Source of the DNA: a virus
Lineage: Duplodnaviria > Caudoviricetes
Reading direction: 5' to 3' (one strand)
Length of the DNA: 47,253 nucleotides
Virus record (IMG/VR): IMGVR_UViG_3300012952_000031
Span: 1 to 47,253 of that record
Shown one piece after another: positions 43,588-47,253 of this stretch. Under the pieces are notes generated by a model that had not been told where the DNA came from, ran no database searches, and saw nothing but the letters and a program-made list of their open reading frames with translations. Position numbers and translations under genes: made by a program. Position 1 is the first letter of the stretch. The number at the start of each line of letters is the position of its first letter.

Positions 43588-46121
43588 TATATGTAAATAT
43601 GCAAGAAAGTATGGTCATTCCGCAAGTGTTGCTTGCCAACTGTCTGTTTGCGGTTCCTTAATAAGTTATTTAGAGTGACACTTCCGTCTTCATTGAGTGT
43701 TTTTCCGTCATAAAACGCAATTTCACGTGATTCTTCGTAAATAAAGGAGCTTCCAGTCTCCGCTTGGAGGAAAAGACGGGAATATGCGGTTGCTTGTATG
43801 CTTGTAGACGCTTTAAATGACAAATTAACCTGCGTTCCAGTGTAATTTGCAGCATCTTCCATTTGAATTGCGGTTTTTGTGTTCAATTGGTACGTACCAG
43901 ACGCAACATTACCACTTACAGTGATAGTATTATTACCTAGATCGACTGATTGGACGGAAATTACCGTATCAAGACCCTCTACAATCATTCCAACCACAAT
44001 ATCATCAAGATCAAAGTCCGTAGTTGCGTAATTATTGAAGCCTGTTACCGTTAATACACTAGTACCATCCGCAGTACAGTTAAAATCAACCGCAGGTATA
44101 AGTCTACTAACGCTATTAGTGTCCAAATTACCGTTTGCATCCTCTATTACTATACCTCTATAGAGTAGAGAGTAGTCATCAGCAGTATTCATATTGACAT
44201 TTGTGATGAAAGTACTTCCTATTGTGGTGTCTGCTGCTCCCAATAACTCAACGTCAGGGGCAGAGACGGTAATAATAGGTGATTGGATGTATCCACTACC
44301 ACCATTTGTGATCTTATATCCGTAAATACGACCTCCAGTCACTACTGCTTCTGCTGTTGCTTGAACACCACCTTGCAAATCTGGTGCACTTAGGGTAACA
44401 GTAGGGGCATTCATATACCCTAGACCTGGATTTAATGCGGTAATGTCACTAATTCCTTGTCCTGCATAGTCATAGTTGTTCAATTCAACGTATCCAAAGT
44501 CAGGAAAGGTCGCTGCATCGTAGTCAAATATCTTTATACTAGTGTCAGAGGTGTTTACGAACTCTTTTACCTGTGCTATTTTCACGTCATTATATGGATT
44601 ACCTTGTCTTTCAACACTTTCTGCCAATAAATCACGGTAAGTTGACCAATTTGAGTTAATTTCTAGGTCAATATTGTAAGTATGGGTCTCTTCTAGTCCA
44701 GCATTAGTCCCTAATATGTCATCGCAGAACCAACCACCAACAATTGTGATAGGAAATCGTTGTCTTCCCATCTGATGAGGGATATATTCGTAAATATTCC
44801 ACTTAATTCTTGGCCCAGCAGGAGGTACTGCCCTAAAAGAATGAGTTGACCACTCTTGCATCTTCTCAACATACCAATTAGAAGGTATAATTGTTGGTTG
44901 TTGCTCATTCATTGCATCTGTAACCTCTGCCATACCTATTGCCATATCAATAGGATCAGTCATCTCACAATTCCACGTACGCATCTCTCGCCACGCTTCT
45001 GCTGTATCTGTTGCTGTCTCTAATGCAGTGTCTGTTATTACTACGTCAGTCTCTTCTGCACCATCGATAATGTAATTCGTATGTTTTACTAGATCAGCAG
45101 GTTCACTTAAACCTTCTGTAAGAGCAGCATAGTTATCCATACTACCAAAAGGAGATCCACTACCACAACCAGAGGTTGCTGCTTCAAAGAACTTATCCCA
45201 ATTCGCTTCCATTTTCTCTTGAAGTCCTGTATGCTTCCAGTTCTTTAACTGAATAGGATCTCCATTGTCATCTTCTCCTAACAATGGTACCTTTACATAG
45301 ACTCCTGTATCAGCATTAATAGGCCACGTGCTTTCTCTAGTACAGGTAACTGTTGTCTTTCCCCAATTATCTTTTGATGATGTATCTCTGAAATTCTTTA
45401 ACCACCCTTTACTTTCACAACTAGCAAAACCAAATTGCTCATCCCATCCTGCTGTACCTTCTACAGTACCATCAGTAGACATATCACCTATAGGTCCACA
45501 AACGTCTACAAGGGTATCGCACTTGGGACTTAGGTATTTGGTATAGGAAACCTTCTTAGGATAGGCATAGAACCCGCTAATCGTCGCTACGGCAACTTCT
45601 GTGTTAACTGTAGTAGGTGGAACAGTATTGATTGTTGTATTACCAGGTGAATCGTACCACCCTGCCACGCAATCGGCGGTCGCCCCCGTTATAGACCCTG
45701 TTACTAACTGATTAGGAAAGTTACCAGAGGGATTATCAAGTTCTATTATGTCTAACCCGTTTGTCTCTCGAAAATTATGCCATTCCTTCACAGTACCCGT
45801 AGCACCGTTCGCTGCTGATACTGTCTCTCCTACCTTAAACTCTCCTGTAGCATTACGCACTGATATTCGCTCAGTACTGCTATCGCAGATCCATAACGAA
45901 AAATATTGCTCATCCCCAGTAATCCTTACTGAACCTGCTGCATAGTTATCACACATACCGTCAGTACAGGTGACGTTATTCAAGCCAAAGACAAACTCAA
46001 AATAATTCTCGTCATCAATACCTCCCAACACATTGTCAGAGGGATCTTGTGGGTCATACACAAATGGTGACCCATACGGTGAAGATATATTTAAACCTAC
46101 CTGTTCAAAATTACATCCCAT
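43587..46121 (-). CDS. Putative virion structural protein (spike/baseplate-associated)
   Basis: 844 aa, acidic, several Cys; NPGLGY..APTV and ITNGGSGY..SPIITV repeats shared with gp7/gp8/VrlC; TAATG overlap with PAAR. Confidence 0.65.
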   Translation of the reverse strand: MGCNFEQVGLNISSPYGSPFVYDPQDPSDNVLGGIDDENYFEFVFGLNNVTCTDGMCDNYAAGSVRITGDEQYFSLWICDSSTERISVRNATGEFKVGETVSAANGATGTVKEWHNFRETNGLDIIELDNPSGNFPNQLVTGSITGATADCVAGWYDSPGNTTINTVPPTTVNTEVAVATISGFYAYPKKVSYTKYLSPKCDTLVDVCGPIGDMSTDGTVEGTAGWDEQFGFASCESKGWLKNFRDTSSKDNWGKTTVTCTRESTWPINADTGVYVKVPLLGEDDNGDPIQLKNWKHTGLQEKMEANWDKFFEAATSGCGSGSPFGSMDNYAALTEGLSEPADLVKHTNYIIDGAEETDVVITDTALETATDTAEAWREMRTWNCEMTDPIDMAIGMAEVTDAMNEQQPTIIPSNWYVEKMQEWSTHSFRAVPPAGPRIKWNIYEYIPHQMGRQRFPITIVGGWFCDDILGTNAGLEETHTYNIDLEINSNWSTYRDLLAESVERQGNPYNDVKIAQVKEFVNTSDTSIKIFDYDAATFPDFGYVELNNYDYAGQGISDITALNPGLGYMNAPTVTLSAPDLQGGVQATAEAVVTGGRIYGYKITNGGSGYIQSPIITVSAPDVELLGAADTTIGSTFITNVNMNTADDYSLLYRGIVIEDANGNLDTNSVSRLIPAVDFNCTADGTSVLTVTGFNNYATTDFDLDDIVVGMIVEGLDTVISVQSVDLGNNTITVSGNVASGTYQLNTKTAIQMEDAANYTGTQVNLSFKASTSIQATAYSRLFLQAETGSSFIYEESREIAFYDGKTLNEDGSVTLNNLLRNRKQTVGKQHLRNDHTFLHIYI

Positions 46122-46330
46122 CAGAGATTAATATCTTGCCTTAGTTCTATTGTATTTAACCTATTTTCAACTGCATTTAGATATGCTGCCAGTTCCATAT
46201 GCTCTATGGAACCAGGAGGCTTATACATTACCTTTGCAATTGGTCTCTGAGATAACTCCTCAACCTTCTGTTCGAGTGTCAAGATTTTCTCTTCTAACGC
46301 TTCAAGGGGTGATTTTTTCGACTCTGGCAT
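46121..46330 (-). CDS. Small hypothetical coiled-coil protein
   Basis: 69 aa; LEEKILTLEQKVEEL and MYKPPG; TGATG overlap. Confidence 0.7.
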   Translation of the reverse strand: MPESKKSPLEALEEKILTLEQKVEELSQRPIAKVMYKPPGSIEHMELAAYLNAVENRLNTIELRQDINL

Positions 46331-46508
46331 CGGGGGATCCTTCTTTTAGTTTTTCCAACTCTTTCTCAGCATTCGCTGTGGAGCGAAATTTATGAGCATC
46401 ACTGGACGTACTTGTCCAGATACTGTCTTGCCTCCAGTATACCACACCCGAAGATAATTTGCTACCTTTGTGCTCTCTAGAGACGACGTAGAATGGTTTC
46501 TTAGCCAT
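46302..46508 (-). CDS. Hypothetical 68-aa basic protein
   Basis: Likely start at MAKKPFY (ATG 46508), downstream of the late-promoter motif, rather than the longer track ORF. Confidence 0.6.
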   Translation of the reverse strand: MAKKPFYVVSREHKGSKLSSGVVYWRQDSIWTSTSSDAHKFRSTANAEKELEKLKEGSPDARVEKITP

Positions 46509-46549
46509 AATGGAAAAAATTCTATAAGAGAAAAAATTTCTCAAAAAAA

Positions 46550-46556
46550 TATTTAG
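46550..46556 (-). promoter_or_regulatory. Late promoter variant CTAAATA opening the virion region
   Basis: TATTTAG on +, downstream of the terminator and upstream of the first late ORF. Confidence 0.6.
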
Positions 46557-46602
46557 CTCACTCGTTTGGTTCGTTATAGATTAGGCATTGCGAATTCTCA
46601 TA

Positions 46603-46639
46603 TAAAAAACCCCCCATCGGTTAACTGTCGATGGAGGGC
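46603..46639 (-). terminator. Rho-independent terminator ending the early-type cluster
   Basis: Minus strand GCCCTCCATCG-ACAGTTAAC-CGATGGGGGG-TTTTTTA. Confidence 0.8.
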
Positions 46640-46646
46640 GTGTTGC

Positions 46647-46784
46647 TTAGTAGAGTTTGATCTCTGCTTTGCAGTTAATTGAGTTTAACTGCTTTATCAT
46701 TCTTAGTGCTTTCTCATAAGTTGCAAAACTCATAAATCTGCACTTTTGGTCTTCGGGTGTCCAGAATCTGATGCTTGTGTTCAT
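46647..46784 (-). CDS. Hypothetical 45-aa protein
   Basis: Manual translation MNTSIRFWTPEDQKCRFMSFATYEKALRMIKQLNSINCKAEIKLY; stop directly before the terminator. Confidence 0.6.
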   Translation of the reverse strand: MNTSIRFWTPEDQKCRFMSFATYEKALRMIKQLNSINCKAEIKLY

Positions 46785-46883
46785 TAGGTCTAGTTATGAA
46801 GAGTGAATGCTCTATCTTGTGAAAATAGAGATAAGAGTGATTTGTCCATTTCTTGTAGATGCCCCATTTCTTGTCTTTGAAGT

Positions 46884-47018
46884 TCATTGGCAAAAACTGG
46901 GGTCAACCTGACAGAATTGGTCTTGTCTCTGATCTTGAAGTTCAGAGAAGTTATTAATGATGCTAGTGCCGAGGGTGACCCCGACAATAACAACGATGAG
47001 GGAAAGAGCGATTCTCAT
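46884..47018 (-). CDS. 44-aa membrane-anchored/secreted peptide
   Basis: MRIALSLIVVIVGVTLGTSII...FCQVDPSFCQ; TAATG overlap with the upstream ORF supports a start at 47018. Confidence 0.65.
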   Translation of the reverse strand: MRIALSLIVVIVGVTLGTSIINNFSELQDQRQDQFCQVDPSFCQ

Positions 47019-47185
47019 TAGAGGGTTTCGTCTAGAACGTCTTGTAGGAAATTCACTGGTGAAAGAGATACACACTCAGGGAGTGCATCATAGTTGCGAT
47101 CAGTGATTGCTTTCATTGCGGCGATCACGGCAGGGTCTCTGCGTGCGGCGGCATTTGAAAGAGTGTGCTGGAAGATGTTTCTCAT
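47018..47185 (-). CDS. Hypothetical 55-aa early-type protein (probably leaderless)
   Basis: MRNIFQHTLSNAAARRDPAV...; ATG lies 6 nt after TATAAT. Confidence 0.65.
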   Translation of the reverse strand: MRNIFQHTLSNAAARRDPAVIAAMKAITDRNYDALPECVSLSPVNFLQDVLDETL

Positions 47186-47191
47186 ATTCAA

Positions 47192-47248
47192 ATTATAAAC
47201 CCCCCGACCCACGAATGGGGTCAGAGGGTGACACTTTGTCAACTGTCC
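47192..47248 (-). promoter_or_regulatory. Early-type promoter element: inverted repeat + GC hairpin + TATAAT
   Basis: Minus strand GGACAGTTGACAAAGTGTCA-CCCTCTGACCCCATTCGTGGGTCGGGGGG-TT-TATAAT-TTGAAT-ATG. Confidence 0.7.
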
Positions 47249-47253
47249 TTGGC

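Noticed and set aside
1427-46395. Numerous plus-strand and alternate-frame ORFs in the track (e.g. 12813-13421, 9421-9834, 43124-43549)
   Set aside because: They lie within long, recognisable minus-strand genes and are antisense or frame shadows of biased codon usage, with no motifs or expression signals.
46714-46993. ORFs 46790-46993 (track) and 46714-46887 (MNFKDKKWG...)
   Set aside because: Both overlap better-supported neighbours in other frames; I cannot decide which, if any, fills the 46785-46883 gap.
1-47253. tRNA/rRNA genes, integrase, transposase
   Set aside because: None recognised; intergenic gaps are short and mostly explained by promoters and terminators.

Overview
AT-rich fragment of a T4-like marine myophage, most consistent with a cyanophage (Kyanoviridae-like; no specific isolate claimed). 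All credible genes are on the minus strand. In transcription order (right to left): tiny early-type ORFs behind a leaderless sigma70-like promoter/hairpin, a terminator, then a late virion region. That region holds small ORFs, an 844-aa structural protein, a PAAR (gp5.4-like) protein, a small basic protein, a SET-domain methyltransferase, baseplate gp25, gp6, a giant 5328-aa gp7, gp8, a 2770-aa VrlC/DUF4815-type protein, a cluster of nine fibre/adaptor genes, two small ORFs and the 5' part of neck gene gp13. T4-type late promoters (TATAAATA/CTAAATA) punctuate it. Most interesting: (1) the fibre cluster shows a repeated plug-and-socket grammar of terminal peptides and adaptor domains, suggesting a branched fibre built from separate proteins; (2) gp7 repeats are nested inside one another like brackets, implying a tree-shaped polypeptide; (3) the SET gene is translationally linked to a Lys/Arg-rich histone-tail-like peptide gene. 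Family calls come from motif recognition only; no searches were run and sub-gene coordinates are approximate.
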